Shown here in pieces: positions 28,668 to 39,048 of a DNA stretch of 64,000 nucleotides. The translations under genes and the position numbers were made by a program. The stretch covers positions 23,928 to 87,927 of the forward strand of contig JALUUM010000040.1 in the NCBI GenBank assembly GCA_027021365.1. The letters are read 5' to 3'. This stretch comes from Spirochaetales bacterium. Lineage in GTDB: Bacteria; Spirochaetota; Spirochaetia; SZUA-6. Numbering within the stretch: the stretch's first letter is position 1; every line of letters begins with the position of its first letter. Below the pieces are notes generated by a model, which did no database searches, was not told where the DNA came from, and worked only from the letters and a program-made list of their open reading frames with translations.

Positions 28668-29471
28668 CTACTGCTCGGTCAAGAATATCTTTAGGTCACC
28701 GAGCATCCTTTTCCAATACTTGTCGTAAAACAAGAAGTGTTTCATTCTCGGATAACCATGCATTTCCATACGTGCGTTTTTCAATGATTCTTTCAATAGC
28801 TCCAAACGATTTATATTTACCAGCCTATCGAACTCACCATAATAAACGGCAATTCTTGCACTTACCACATCCAGGGGATAGTCTCCCGGAAAATCATCGA
28901 ACTCTCTTCGCATATCCCTTACCAGCCGTTTTGAAATGGTGGGGTTTTCAATCAAGATCCTTCTTATTGCACTTCTTTCATCCTCTACCTCTGAAAGCAT
29001 ATCATCTTCGAAGGAGAGACCTACCCTTTTTTTGAAGAGCAGGGAAGTGTTCAGAGGTTTTTCCCTGAAATCAAGAACCGGAGAGAAAAATACCATTCGC
29101 TTGAAAGGCGGAAGGACACGGAAATAGTAGCTTAAAAACGGAAGAACAGAAACAGAAAAGACAAATGGTACCATTTTGAGCTTTTTCTCTTTTTCTTCAA
29201 GGAATGATCGGAAGCTTCCAAAATGCAACGAAAACTCGTCTATCCCTCCTGAAGCTCTCTCTTCCGGATTCACCTCCGGAATAAGGGGTGCATATATTTT
29301 GAAATAATTTTCGAGAAGGAAGTCCACCAACCTTCTGTTCTCTTCTATCCGAGTATAGGAATCACCCAGTACAATGGCTATCCTGCCATATCCACCCTGC
29401 CTTATCTCCCAGCTATGATAGGGAATCCTTGTCCCATCACTTGCCTTGAAAACGGATTTTATGTGATTCAT
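28668..29471 (-). CDS. Degenerate alpha/beta-hydrolase-like protein
   Basis: The N-terminus (MNHIKSVFKASDGTRIPYHSWE) parallels the hydrolase at 22432..23253 (MNHIVTSFLNHKGEKLSYQYWEE). No GxSxG nucleophile elbow is visible. Confidence 0.45.
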   Translation of the reverse strand: MNHIKSVFKASDGTRIPYHSWEIRQGGYGRIAIVLGDSYTRIEENRRLVDFLLENYFKIYAPLIPEVNPEERASGGIDEFSLHFGSFRSFLEEKEKKLKMVPFVFSVSVLPFLSYYFRVLPPFKRMVFFSPVLDFREKPLNTSLLFKKRVGLSFEDDMLSEVEDERSAIRRILIENPTISKRLVRDMRREFDDFPGDYPLDVVSARIAVYYGEFDRLVNINRLELLKESLKNARMEMHGYPRMKHFLFYDKYWKRMLGDLKIFLTEQ

Positions 29472-29692
29472 TTCTTCTTCATCACCCTCCTTCTGGTATA
29501 TTAATCATTATATTCATCATCCTTTCAATTTCAAAAGATTTTTCTTTGTTAAAAGGGAGAAAAAATTGCTATACTGTCACAGAGCCAATCATTCAAGGGA
29601 ACGCAGAAAAAAGGCTTGTAACACATATAAATATAAATAGAATACATAATAACCAAAGACCGGATACCAAAGTTGCAGGACAGGGATAAGGA

Positions 29693-31252
29693 ATGTTGAT
29701 CCTTCTGGGCATGAAAAAGGAGAACATAGATTTCCTCTTAAAGAAATACTCATCAATCGGGGACAAGATCAAGATCCGCACAGGCAATAAGTTAAGCAGT
29801 GCCGAAAAGAACATAAATGTACTCAGACAATGTGATCCTCTCTTTAAAAAGCTCGAACCTTCTCTTAAAAAGGGAAATGTCGAAAATCTCGTCATCATCC
29901 TTTCAGCCGAGGATGAAAAACTCTCCAATGAATCGGGAAATTGCCTTTACCTTCCGGAAAATATAGATGACAAGCTTCTATGCGGAATCACAACCTGGTT
30001 GATACGGTACAGGAAAAAGAACCTTTGTTTCGAACTTTTCAAATCCTTCTTCCAGGGGGGTGATATTCAGATTCTCCTTACAGACAAAGATGGAAAAATT
30101 CTCTCATGCATTCCTGTCAAAACGAACTTCTTGGGCTACACTTCCAAGGACCTCAAGAACAAGTATTTCAAGGAGGTCTTCGGGATTTCCGTGGAAGATA
30201 TACCCTTTACGGAGAGTAATGAGGATCACATAAGGTATCTCACCAATGCATCAAACAAGGAAACCTCTTGCAATGTTTCCAGAATGCCTATTTCATCTAT
30301 GAAAATTCCAGGCCTTCCCGCCAGAACGGAGTGGATTCTTCTTCTGACCGAGATAAGTGAGATCAAAAAACTTGAAGACAAGAGTTCACGTCTCAATGTT
30401 ATTCAAGACAACATACTTAGAGAGAGGACCATAGAGTTAGAATCTGCCAACGAGATACTTCAGAAACAGGCTTTGGAACTGAAACATGCAATGGAAGAAC
30501 TGGAAAAGAAAAATCGTCAGATAGTTGAAGAACTTTCCCTTGCAAGTGAGTTACAGAAGAGCCTCCTGCCTAAGGAATTCCCCAGTGACCTGCCGTTAAA
30601 TTTTGCACACAAATATATTCCCTATGCTTACATTGGCGGTGATTTTTTCGATGTAAAAAGACTCGATAAAAGCCGGGTTGGTATAGTAATAGCAGATGTT
30701 TCAGGCCATGGAGTTTCATCCGCTTTCATTACTACAATGTTCAAGAGTCAATTCGACAACATAGCAGCCGATTCGAAGACACCGGCTGAGACCTTGTCCA
30801 GACTGAACAAAGAATTTTCAAATTCAATACATACCGAGCATTATATCACTGCTTTCTACTCTGTAATCGATACCGAAACGATGAAGATGTACTATTCGAA
30901 TGCCGGACACCCGAACCAGCTTCTGTTCAGAGAGAACAGCGAGGTGCTGGAACTCTCTACCATGGGTTTCTTTCTCGGGATGTTCGAGGGAACGGAATAT
31001 GAAGACAAGGAGATAGACCTTTTACCCGGTGACAGAATTCTATACAATACGGATGGTATTCTGGAAACAGCCAATGAAGAGGGAAAACAATTTGGCAAGG
31101 AAGGTGTGATAAGAATTTTCCGGGAAAACCTTGATAAGGATATAGATGATCTTTCAAACATGATTCTTTCGGAGCTTGTGATGTTCATGGCAGAAACCAC
31201 ATTCCAGGATGACATCACTATTCTTATTACAGAAGTGATAGAAAACCTGTAG
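29693..31252 (+). CDS. PP2C-family (SpoIIE/RsbU-type) serine phosphatase with an N-terminal sensor region
   Basis: IGGDFFDV...VIADVSGHGVSSAF metal-binding motifs and a C-terminal DDITIL motif. A coiled-coil linker and a PAS-like N-terminus precede them. Confidence 0.8.
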   Translation: MLILLGMKKENIDFLLKKYSSIGDKIKIRTGNKLSSAEKNINVLRQCDPLFKKLEPSLKKGNVENLVIILSAEDEKLSNESGNCLYLPENIDDKLLCGITTWLIRYRKKNLCFELFKSFFQGGDIQILLTDKDGKILSCIPVKTNFLGYTSKDLKNKYFKEVFGISVEDIPFTESNEDHIRYLTNASNKETSCNVSRMPISSMKIPGLPARTEWILLLTEISEIKKLEDKSSRLNVIQDNILRERTIELESANEILQKQALELKHAMEELEKKNRQIVEELSLASELQKSLLPKEFPSDLPLNFAHKYIPYAYIGGDFFDVKRLDKSRVGIVIADVSGHGVSSAFITTMFKSQFDNIAADSKTPAETLSRLNKEFSNSIHTEHYITAFYSVIDTETMKMYYSNAGHPNQLLFRENSEVLELSTMGFFLGMFEGTEYEDKEIDLLPGDRILYNTDGILETANEEGKQFGKEGVIRIFRENLDKDIDDLSNMILSELVMFMAETTFQDDITILITEVIENL

Positions 31253-31274
31253 GATAAACCTTTAGGAGTGAACC

Positions 31275-32147
31275 ATGGCTGACAAAGAACAGATAAAGAA
31301 GATAATACAGGCAGTACAGAGCCTTCCGACACTACCGACGGTTGCCGTGAAGGTTCAATCACTGATAAAATCACCAACAGCAGGTGCCGCTGAACTTGCC
31401 AAGGTCATAGAGTACGACCAGAGCATATCTGCAAAACTCCTCTCCCTGGTAAATTCAGCCTACTACGGACTCTCAAGAAAGATAAACAACATCAAAGAGG
31501 CAGTTGCTTACCTTGGCACGAACACAGTATCACAGCTTGTACTTGCCCTGGGGGTTATCAAAACATTCGAGGGCGAGGGTAACAGGGGCTTCAACAGGGC
31601 CCAGTTCTGGATTCATGACATAGCAGTTGCCACCCTTTCCAGAGAGATTGCCAAATCGGAAAAAAGGCATAAACATCCCGATGACATATTTACAGCCGGT
31701 CTGCTTCATGATATAGGGAAGGTCGCTCTGGATCATTACTGCACCGAGATTTTCAAACCGGTATTGGAAGCAGTGGAGAAAGAACAACTGCCATTCTACA
31801 AGATCGAGCAGAAGGTGATTGGACTTGACCATACCAGAGTGGGAGAATGGGTTGCAAGAAGCTGGGAACTCCCCCTGCTGACAATAGTTACTATAAGGCA
31901 TCACCATGAAAAACCATCTGCCAGGAAAGGTTTCAGCCTCTCTCAGGATAATGCGGTTGACATTGTCTCTATCGCCGACTGGATTGCAATCAAAAATAAG
32001 ATAGGCTTCAGCGGTTCGCCTGTGGTAGAGGATCCGGATGATGAGATATTCCAACGTGCAGGAATTACGAGGGAAAAATCCCAAGAGATAGTTCGCAGGG
32101 TGAAACCCGAAATCTTGAAGGCAGCTCAAAGCATGGGTATCGTCTGA
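31275..32147 (+). CDS. HDOD-domain signalling protein
   Basis: The YYGLSRKINNIKEAVAYLG and GLLHDIGKV pattern is typical of HDOD. Good RBS. Confidence 0.8.
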   Translation: MADKEQIKKIIQAVQSLPTLPTVAVKVQSLIKSPTAGAAELAKVIEYDQSISAKLLSLVNSAYYGLSRKINNIKEAVAYLGTNTVSQLVLALGVIKTFEGEGNRGFNRAQFWIHDIAVATLSREIAKSEKRHKHPDDIFTAGLLHDIGKVALDHYCTEIFKPVLEAVEKEQLPFYKIEQKVIGLDHTRVGEWVARSWELPLLTIVTIRHHHEKPSARKGFSLSQDNAVDIVSIADWIAIKNKIGFSGSPVVEDPDDEIFQRAGITREKSQEIVRRVKPEILKAAQSMGIV

Positions 32148-32150
32148 TTA

Positions 32151-33404
32151 TCATTCTGCCAACCTTATTCCTATATAGCCACACCTTTCAGGAGATTCAT
32201 CTATTCGAAAGCTGACCCTCAATGTCGAAGCAGAGGATATCCAGCTTCCTCCCCTTATCACCTTGTATTCACCGGTGGAAGGGCCCTTTGGATCCGTCTG
32301 TTCCTCGCCCCGATACGGAGCATACCAGTCTGCCGTCCACTCAAAGAGATTCCCGGCCATATCATAGAGGCCGTATCCGTTAGGTTCAAACTGGCCTACC
32401 GGTGTTGTACCTGAATATCGTTTTGCAAGATTGGCGATTTTTTCATTCATCTTGTCTCCGTTCGGGTATTTCTTCCCCACGAGGCCTCCGCGAGCAGCAT
32501 ATTCCCACTCCGCTTCTGTCGGAAGCCTTTTTCCAAGCCATGATGCAAACGCCTCTGCAGCAAACCAGGAGACATGTGATACAGGATAATCGTCCCTGCC
32601 TTCAGGATAATCATTTCCATCCCACTCATCGAGATACTTTCCGTCATGCAAATCCGGATCAATCTTATCTTTCTGCCATTCGGGGTTGTCAAGAATAAAT
32701 GCCCTGTATTGCCTGTTCGTTATCAGGTATGCACACATCTTGAATGAAGAAACATTAACCTTATGAACCGGTTTCTCCTCATCCCTTCCATCTTCAGAAC
32801 CCATCATAAAACTGCCACCCTTTATCTCCACCATTTTCGATTCTATTTCGGCTTTGATATCGGAAAGCAGATCTGTTACGGATGTTTCTTGCACTACTTC
32901 AATTTCAGGCCTATCCAATTCCTCGTGTTCCTCCTTAACTTCATCTCCCTTTGTTCCTGCCTCTTCCGTATCTGCCTCTTCTCCGCTCTCTGCTATCGGT
33001 GTTACCGGTGACTGAGACTGAGGGGATACCTGCTGCGCAGTTTGTGCTGCCTGAAGGTTTCCCGGAGTTGGTGTCGGGACAGGAGCTGCCGTTGCTCTAG
33101 GTAGTGGCCCAGCCGACGGAGGAGTAACCTGAGGGCCAATCCCCGGAGGCGGCGGCGGAACCGGACCGGAAGGAAAGTAGCGAAAGGGATTCCATCCCTG
33201 TGGCGCTTTTCCGGTAGATAGAATTTCAAACAAAATGTCTTTCAGACTTCTTCCATCGGGAAGATAAATCGAACCAAGATCCTTTACAAAGAGTGAGAGC
33301 TCAAGAGAGTCGGCACTCTCTATGTAATTTTTCAGCTCATTCAGTATCCTTACCTTACTCTGAAGAAGATAATTTCTCCACTCGAGCTGTTGTATATAAT
33401 CCAT
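32151..33404 (-). CDS. FGE-sulfatase (SUMF1) domain protein with an N-terminal domain and a Pro-rich linker
   Basis: C-terminal GGSFMMGS...RGGSW...GFR motifs. The linker reads PPPPGIGPQVTPPSAGPLP. Confidence 0.8.
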   Translation of the reverse strand: MDYIQQLEWRNYLLQSKVRILNELKNYIESADSLELSLFVKDLGSIYLPDGRSLKDILFEILSTGKAPQGWNPFRYFPSGPVPPPPPGIGPQVTPPSAGPLPRATAAPVPTPTPGNLQAAQTAQQVSPQSQSPVTPIAESGEEADTEEAGTKGDEVKEEHEELDRPEIEVVQETSVTDLLSDIKAEIESKMVEIKGGSFMMGSEDGRDEEKPVHKVNVSSFKMCAYLITNRQYRAFILDNPEWQKDKIDPDLHDGKYLDEWDGNDYPEGRDDYPVSHVSWFAAEAFASWLGKRLPTEAEWEYAARGGLVGKKYPNGDKMNEKIANLAKRYSGTTPVGQFEPNGYGLYDMAGNLFEWTADWYAPYRGEEQTDPKGPSTGEYKVIRGGSWISSASTLRVSFRIDESPERCGYIGIRLAE

Positions 33405-33614
33405 ATCAAAAGATTAAGCCACATGCCACAGATGAGTCAAGAAAATTTAATCTATTACCGCACCTGGTATCCCCGTCACTGTCAGATCTAAAATGCTCAG
33501 AACATCTCATACTCAAACACCACCACACCACATACTCGACACAGAACCGCTTCCCTGCTATTCTAAAGCTCATACAACTCTTCCTGAGGGAAACAAATTT
33601 ACAACCGGAGAAAG

Positions 33615-35057
33615 GTGATGAATTTTCATTGGAACCTCTTTGTAAATCTTGGCCTGATTTCGATAACACTAATGCTTGCGACATTGGTAAGGGCTAGAAT
33701 ACCCTTCTTCCAGAAGTTCCTCATACCCAATTCAATAACGGCTGGTTTCATGCTTTTACTTTTCTACAATTTCGGAGCTCCCTACCTTGGCATGGATACA
33801 CATGTTCTTGAAAACCTTATCTATCACCTTCTTGCCATCTCATTTATTGCGATGAGCCTAAGGAATCCGGCAGGAGGTAAATCCACTGGCAAGAGGATAT
33901 ATTCCGTAGCAATAATGATAATAACATCACTGACATTCCAGGCAATTATAGGACTCGGACTTACAGCTCTCCTCATAGTAACCTTCTTTCCCAAGCTCTT
34001 TCCCAGTTTCGGATTGTTCGTACCGCTCGGATACGAGCTTGGCCCTGGCCAGGCCTTTTCAATAGGAAAAGGTTGGGAATCCCTGGGAATAGCCGGAGCA
34101 GGTAACATCGGTCTCACCTTTGCAGCAATGGGTTATCTGTGGGCATGCTTTGGAGGTGTGTATCTTATAAATTACGGGATAAAAAAGGGATGGTTGGAAA
34201 AGAGACATCTTAAAAAACTGAAGAGCATAGATACACGTTCAGGTGTGATTGCAAGGAACGAGAAGAAACTGGAAGGTGCAAGGCTCGTAACGGAAACAGA
34301 GGCTATCGATTCGATGTCATTCCATGTCGGAATGGTTCTCTTTGTATATCTTCTTACATTTCTCTTTCTTAAACTTATAACCTATCTTCTATCATTTGCA
34401 GGCCCCTCCGGAAGAGAACTTGCCGTAAACCTATGGGGGCTCTCCTTCATCTTTGCAGCAATAATAGCGTTACTATTCAAAAAGATACTTACCACTTTTG
34501 GCCTCGGGCACCTCTTCGATTCGGGGAGCCTTACCAGAATAGTGGGAGTCTCAGTTGATATAATGGTTGCTGCAGCCATCGGTGCAATATCCCTTGTAAT
34601 CGTAATTCAATACTGGATTCCGATTCTCACAGTCGGTCTGGTGGCCGGAGTAATAACAACTATATATGTTCTCTGGCTCACCTCGAGAATATTCGACGAT
34701 CACCACTTTCAACGTGCAATAATCATCTACGGGGGCTCAACAGGAACCATGCCAACAGGCCTTGCACTCTTAAGGGTTATCGACCCGCAATTCGAGACTC
34801 CCGCTGCTACCGACTACATGTATGGCTCCGGCCTGTCCTTTATCTTTCTCATTCCCTTTATCCTGGCGATAAACCTCCCTGTTTACGGATACGTAAGGGG
34901 AAATCCCTTGTACTACTGGATGACAGCAGGAATTATCCTTGTCTATCTGATCTTCGTAACAATATCCATAAAGGTGGTCACAAAAAAAGGCTCTTTCGGG
35001 AATCTCATGAATCTCTGGTCTGCAAGTTACGATGAAGAGGAAGAAAAAAGCGCCTGA
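33615..35057 (+). CDS. Polytopic membrane transporter (possibly a sodium/glutamate symporter-like ESS family member)
   Basis: About 12 TM helices. The family assignment is a tentative pattern match only. Confidence 0.5.
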   Translation: MMNFHWNLFVNLGLISITLMLATLVRARIPFFQKFLIPNSITAGFMLLLFYNFGAPYLGMDTHVLENLIYHLLAISFIAMSLRNPAGGKSTGKRIYSVAIMIITSLTFQAIIGLGLTALLIVTFFPKLFPSFGLFVPLGYELGPGQAFSIGKGWESLGIAGAGNIGLTFAAMGYLWACFGGVYLINYGIKKGWLEKRHLKKLKSIDTRSGVIARNEKKLEGARLVTETEAIDSMSFHVGMVLFVYLLTFLFLKLITYLLSFAGPSGRELAVNLWGLSFIFAAIIALLFKKILTTFGLGHLFDSGSLTRIVGVSVDIMVAAAIGAISLVIVIQYWIPILTVGLVAGVITTIYVLWLTSRIFDDHHFQRAIIIYGGSTGTMPTGLALLRVIDPQFETPAATDYMYGSGLSFIFLIPFILAINLPVYGYVRGNPLYYWMTAGIILVYLIFVTISIKVVTKKGSFGNLMNLWSASYDEEEEKSA

Positions 35058-35090
35058 ATCGTGCTGCAAGCCCCTGGGATATACAAAACC

Positions 35091-35834
35091 TCAGAGTTCA
35101 TACAATTTATAGGGAATAGGAATAATTATCTCACCTTTAAAAGACTTAGCCGCTTCACTACGCATTCTTTCCGGTGACGAAACAGGATCGTTGCCAAAAT
35201 GACACAGAAAGAGCCTTTTTACCCCTGCACACCTTGCATTGAGCCCGGCCTGATACCCTGAGCTGTGTTCATCTGCAGACAGCTTTCCTATTCTTTCATG
35301 AGGTCCGGAAGACTCATGTATCAAGTTATCCAGTCCTTTTGCATGTTCGCATATACTCTCTATGGAAGAGGTGTCTGCAGTGTAAAGGAAGCCTTTTCCT
35401 CCTTTCGTGATCCTCACCATGCTGGAGGGAACACTGTGCCTTCCGGGAAAGAGAGACAACTCCGGATTCTCAAAGCCATCACTGTACTCGATGTGAAAGC
35501 CTATCTTCTTAAAGTTGAGTCCGAAAAAATCGAGAAGCGACTTCACCTTTTCTGCCACATCACTCTTTGCCACTACTGTAAGTGACTTTTTTCTCTTCAG
35601 GCAGAAGAGTATATGAATGAGCGATGGAAAAGCGTATAGATGGTCGACATGGTAGTGTGTAATAACGACAACATCCAGCTCGTCAGGTTTAAAACCCGTC
35701 TTCAGAATTCCCTGTACCGGGTTGCCCGAGGTGTCTATCAGGACTAGTCTATCCTTTGTTTCTACGAGAAGTGATGTATTACCACTTTCAGGGGAGGGAA
35801 CAGCACCATACGTGCCAAGAAAAGCTATTTTCAT
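35091..35834 (-). CDS. MBL-fold metallo-hydrolase (RNase Z-like)
   Basis: HYHVDHLY metal-binding motif and a later HFG. Confidence 0.75.
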   Translation of the reverse strand: MKIAFLGTYGAVPSPESGNTSLLVETKDRLVLIDTSGNPVQGILKTGFKPDELDVVVITHYHVDHLYAFPSLIHILFCLKRKKSLTVVAKSDVAEKVKSLLDFFGLNFKKIGFHIEYSDGFENPELSLFPGRHSVPSSMVRITKGGKGFLYTADTSSIESICEHAKGLDNLIHESSGPHERIGKLSADEHSSGYQAGLNARCAGVKRLFLCHFGNDPVSSPERMRSEAAKSFKGEIIIPIPYKLYEL

Positions 35835-35850
35835 ATCTCATTCCTTTTAT

Positions 35851-36684
35851 TCATTTCAGACTCATCGAGAACCCTTCGGTCATCTTCCTGTACACATAAC
35901 CGGAGAAAAGGAGAACGGGAAGGGTAGCCATCAATCCTATTGCCATGAGTTCACCCCAGAGAGTCTCGTACTCTGTAATGAAATTGACAATTCTAAGGGG
36001 AAGCGTCAAGAGATCAGGATTTCGGATAAACAGAAGGGCAAAGAGAAACTCGTCCCATGCCACAATCACACTGAATATGGCGGTAGCAACAAGTCCGCCT
36101 CTGGTGAGTGGAAGTACTATGCTTGTCAACACTTTCAACTTCGATGCACCATCGATCTCTGCCGCCTGTTCATACTCTATTGGAACCGCTTTAAGGAATC
36201 CAAAGAGCATCCAGAGGCAGTATGGCAGAGTATATACCTGATAGACGATTACAAGACCAACCAGCTTGTTTATCAGATGCACACTGGTGAAAAGGGTATA
36301 CAGAGGGATAGCCAGGACTATGGGAGGCAGAATCTTTACGATGAGAACCCATATCAGAAAGATGTAGTTCAGCCTTAAGGGGAACTTGAACCTTACCAGG
36401 GCATAAGTAGCAAGAAATGAAAGCGTGAGAGACAGTGCCGTGGAAAAGGTTGAAACAAAGAGGCTGTTGTAGAGATTTCTGAAAAAACCCCCTTCCAGAA
36501 CATTCAGATAATTCTGCAGTGTAACCCTGTGGGGGTAAAAGGTCGGAACGGGGGAAATATTTTCCACCGGATACTTAAGAGATGTTATTGCGATCCAGTA
36601 GATGGGAAAGAGCACTAGAAATAGAATTACAATCAGGAGAACCCAGAATATTATGCCCTTCTTTTCCATTGCAGTACGGCTCAT
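35851..36684 (-). CDS. Carbohydrate ABC transporter permease (MalG-like)
   Basis: Six TM helices and the EAA-loop (EYEQAAEIDGAS). Confidence 0.85.
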   Translation of the reverse strand: MSRTAMEKKGIIFWVLLIVILFLVLFPIYWIAITSLKYPVENISPVPTFYPHRVTLQNYLNVLEGGFFRNLYNSLFVSTFSTALSLTLSFLATYALVRFKFPLRLNYIFLIWVLIVKILPPIVLAIPLYTLFTSVHLINKLVGLVIVYQVYTLPYCLWMLFGFLKAVPIEYEQAAEIDGASKLKVLTSIVLPLTRGGLVATAIFSVIVAWDEFLFALLFIRNPDLLTLPLRIVNFITEYETLWGELMAIGLMATLPVLLFSGYVYRKMTEGFSMSLK

Positions 36685-37544
36685 ACACTCTCCTCACCTA
36701 TTATGTTTCTCAAGTAGAAGTATGAAATGAAGGCAATAACAATCAGAATATAGATAGAGGCCGTAGCAGCCCTTCCAAGGTTAAAGTATGTGAACCCCTC
36801 TCTGTAAACGTAATAGGTGAGAGTTTCAGTGGCATTGCCGGGGCCACCCTGGGTGAGAGCATAGACCTTACTGAATATTCTGAATGTATCAATCGTTCTA
36901 AGTAGAATAACCAGGAGAATCTGACCGGAGAGAATGGGAAATGTTATATGAATCAGTGTTTTAAAGTAGTTAGCACCGTCTATACTTGCAGCCTCGAAAA
37001 TCTCTCGCTGAATCGTGTTGAGTCCTGCATGAATAAGAATGAATGCAAAGGGAGTCCATTGCCAGATATCAACCAGGATGATGGAAAAAAGAGCTATTTT
37101 CGGATTTATAAGCCACCCGATGGGTTTCAAACCAATACTACGAAGCACATAATTCAAAAGTCCGATGTCGAAGTGATAGAGCGTCTTCCAGAGGGCACTG
37201 ATAACCATCGTGGAAAGCATCATCGGGAAAATAATCATTACCATGAAAACTCGCTTCCCGAAAAACTGCCCGTAGAAGAGAAGAGCAAGAAAGATCCCCA
37301 GTGAAACTTCTATAAAGGTAGCGACTACCGAAAAAACAATGGTATTCAAGAAGGCCGTATGGAAAAGATCGTCTCCCATTATACGTTTGAAATTCTTCAA
37401 GCCAATGAAGATCTTGGTATCAGAGAGGTAGTTGTACTTAAAAAAGGACATGTGAAATACATTCACTATCGGATATACGGTGAGAAATACTATAACAATG
37501 AGTGCCGGTGCAAATATCAGGTAGTAGAATATATTCTTCTTCAT
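36681..37544 (-). CDS. Carbohydrate ABC transporter permease (MalF-like)
   Basis: TM profile and the EAASIDGANYFKT EAA-loop. Confidence 0.85.
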   Translation of the reverse strand: MKKNIFYYLIFAPALIVIVFLTVYPIVNVFHMSFFKYNYLSDTKIFIGLKNFKRIMGDDLFHTAFLNTIVFSVVATFIEVSLGIFLALLFYGQFFGKRVFMVMIIFPMMLSTMVISALWKTLYHFDIGLLNYVLRSIGLKPIGWLINPKIALFSIILVDIWQWTPFAFILIHAGLNTIQREIFEAASIDGANYFKTLIHITFPILSGQILLVILLRTIDTFRIFSKVYALTQGGPGNATETLTYYVYREGFTYFNLGRAATASIYILIVIAFISYFYLRNIIGEESV

Positions 37545-37622
37545 ATGATTAATTACAAAGTATTTTAAAAGCGGCCATTCAATAATACATCGAATGGCCG
37601 CCTGTTTTCAATTCAAAAGGAA

Positions 37623-38894
37623 CTATTCCAGTACCTCTTTCATCTTGGCATTGGCCTCTTTGAGTGCCTTTTCCGGATCCATAGAACCTATCAGAGCAAG
37701 CTGCAAATAGGTACCGAAGATGTTTTCCAGTTCACTCCACTTCGTAGTTCTCGGCCTTCCCACGGCATTCTTGAGAGCCTGATTCTGAACGGGATACCAC
37801 GGGTACTTGCTGACAAGTTTTGCTACCTTGTACACACTGTCGCGCGTCGGGGCAAGCCCTACCTCGTCAGCCATCTTTATCTGCATCTCCTTCCCCGTTA
37901 TGAACTGAAGGAAGTCGAATGCGGCATCGTGATGTTTCGAAGCCTTCGGAATTCCAAGTAGCCAGACACCGATCATTGGCGAAGATTTTTCAACCTCGCC
38001 CGGATGTGTTGTAACTTCAACCTTGTTCACCACACGTGACTCATTCGGATCATTGAGCTTTGGAACCCAGCTTGGCCATACCTCTGTCACTATACCGGCC
38101 TTTCCGCCGTAAAGTGCATCTTTTACCTGAGCTGAATTGTACATGGCCACGCCTTCCGGTGCATACTGTTTGAGCTTCAGGAAGAATTTCAGGGCATTGA
38201 GAGCCTGCTGAGAGTCCAGTGCTGGTTTCCCGTTGACGAGTACTTTGCCACCAAATGCCCAGTATATTGGAAGAAATCCTGCAACAATCGGATTCCCCTT
38301 TACACCTCTAAATACTACCCCATATACATCGGGGAAAGATTCCCTGATCTTTTTGGCTGCATCAAGTACGTCATCCCACTTTGCCGGTTTCGAAAGCCCC
38401 AGCTTCTGAAAGAGGTCTTTTCTGTATGCAAAGAGTTCCACATTGCCAACGTGAGGAAGCGCATAGAGTGTTCCGGAATCTGTGTAAGGGTACCTTCCCA
38501 GCTTCACAGCGGTAGAAATAAGGTCCGGGTCGAGGCTGAGGCCCTTTTTCTTGTAGAGCTCATCGAGGTTTGTGAGCCAGCCTGCCTTCTGAAACTGTGT
38601 TGCTATCGGATCGTCTATCATGATGACATCATAGGTCCCCACAGCATTTTTCATGTCTATCACAACTTTTTCATAGAGACTCGCACCGGGCAGCTTTAAA
38701 ACTTCGAAACTCACATCAGGGTGCTTTTTCATGTACTCATCAACTGCAATCTGCATTGCCTTGCCGTATCCACCGTCTCTCCCCGCAATCGTCAGTTTCA
38801 CCGGGCCCTTCTCGGCTTGTCCGGTTGCCCATATGATTGCCGGAAACAGTACCAAAAACATTGCAAGAATAATCATAGTGATTTTCTTCTTCAT
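37623..38894 (-). CDS. ABC transporter extracellular solute-binding protein (family 1, sugar)
   Basis: Signal peptide and the length and pattern of an SBP_bac_1 protein. It sits upstream of two permease genes. Confidence 0.85.
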   Translation of the reverse strand: MKKKITMIILAMFLVLFPAIIWATGQAEKGPVKLTIAGRDGGYGKAMQIAVDEYMKKHPDVSFEVLKLPGASLYEKVVIDMKNAVGTYDVIMIDDPIATQFQKAGWLTNLDELYKKKGLSLDPDLISTAVKLGRYPYTDSGTLYALPHVGNVELFAYRKDLFQKLGLSKPAKWDDVLDAAKKIRESFPDVYGVVFRGVKGNPIVAGFLPIYWAFGGKVLVNGKPALDSQQALNALKFFLKLKQYAPEGVAMYNSAQVKDALYGGKAGIVTEVWPSWVPKLNDPNESRVVNKVEVTTHPGEVEKSSPMIGVWLLGIPKASKHHDAAFDFLQFITGKEMQIKMADEVGLAPTRDSVYKVAKLVSKYPWYPVQNQALKNAVGRPRTTKWSELENIFGTYLQLALIGSMDPEKALKEANAKMKEVLE

Positions 38895-39048
38895 TCTTTC
38901 TCCTCCTTAAATCAGATTTTTTCTAATTGTAACATGAATGGTACGATTCCGTATCAAAATTCGACTGGTAGATTCATTTCCAAATTAGGTTATTAAGCAA
39001 ATTAAGGAATTTGATTAGTTTTTGCTTAACAAGTATAATTGAGCGAAA

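Noticed and set aside
31530-32129. 199 aa minus-strand ORF
   Set aside because: It is antisense to the HDOD gene, which carries clear HDOD motifs.
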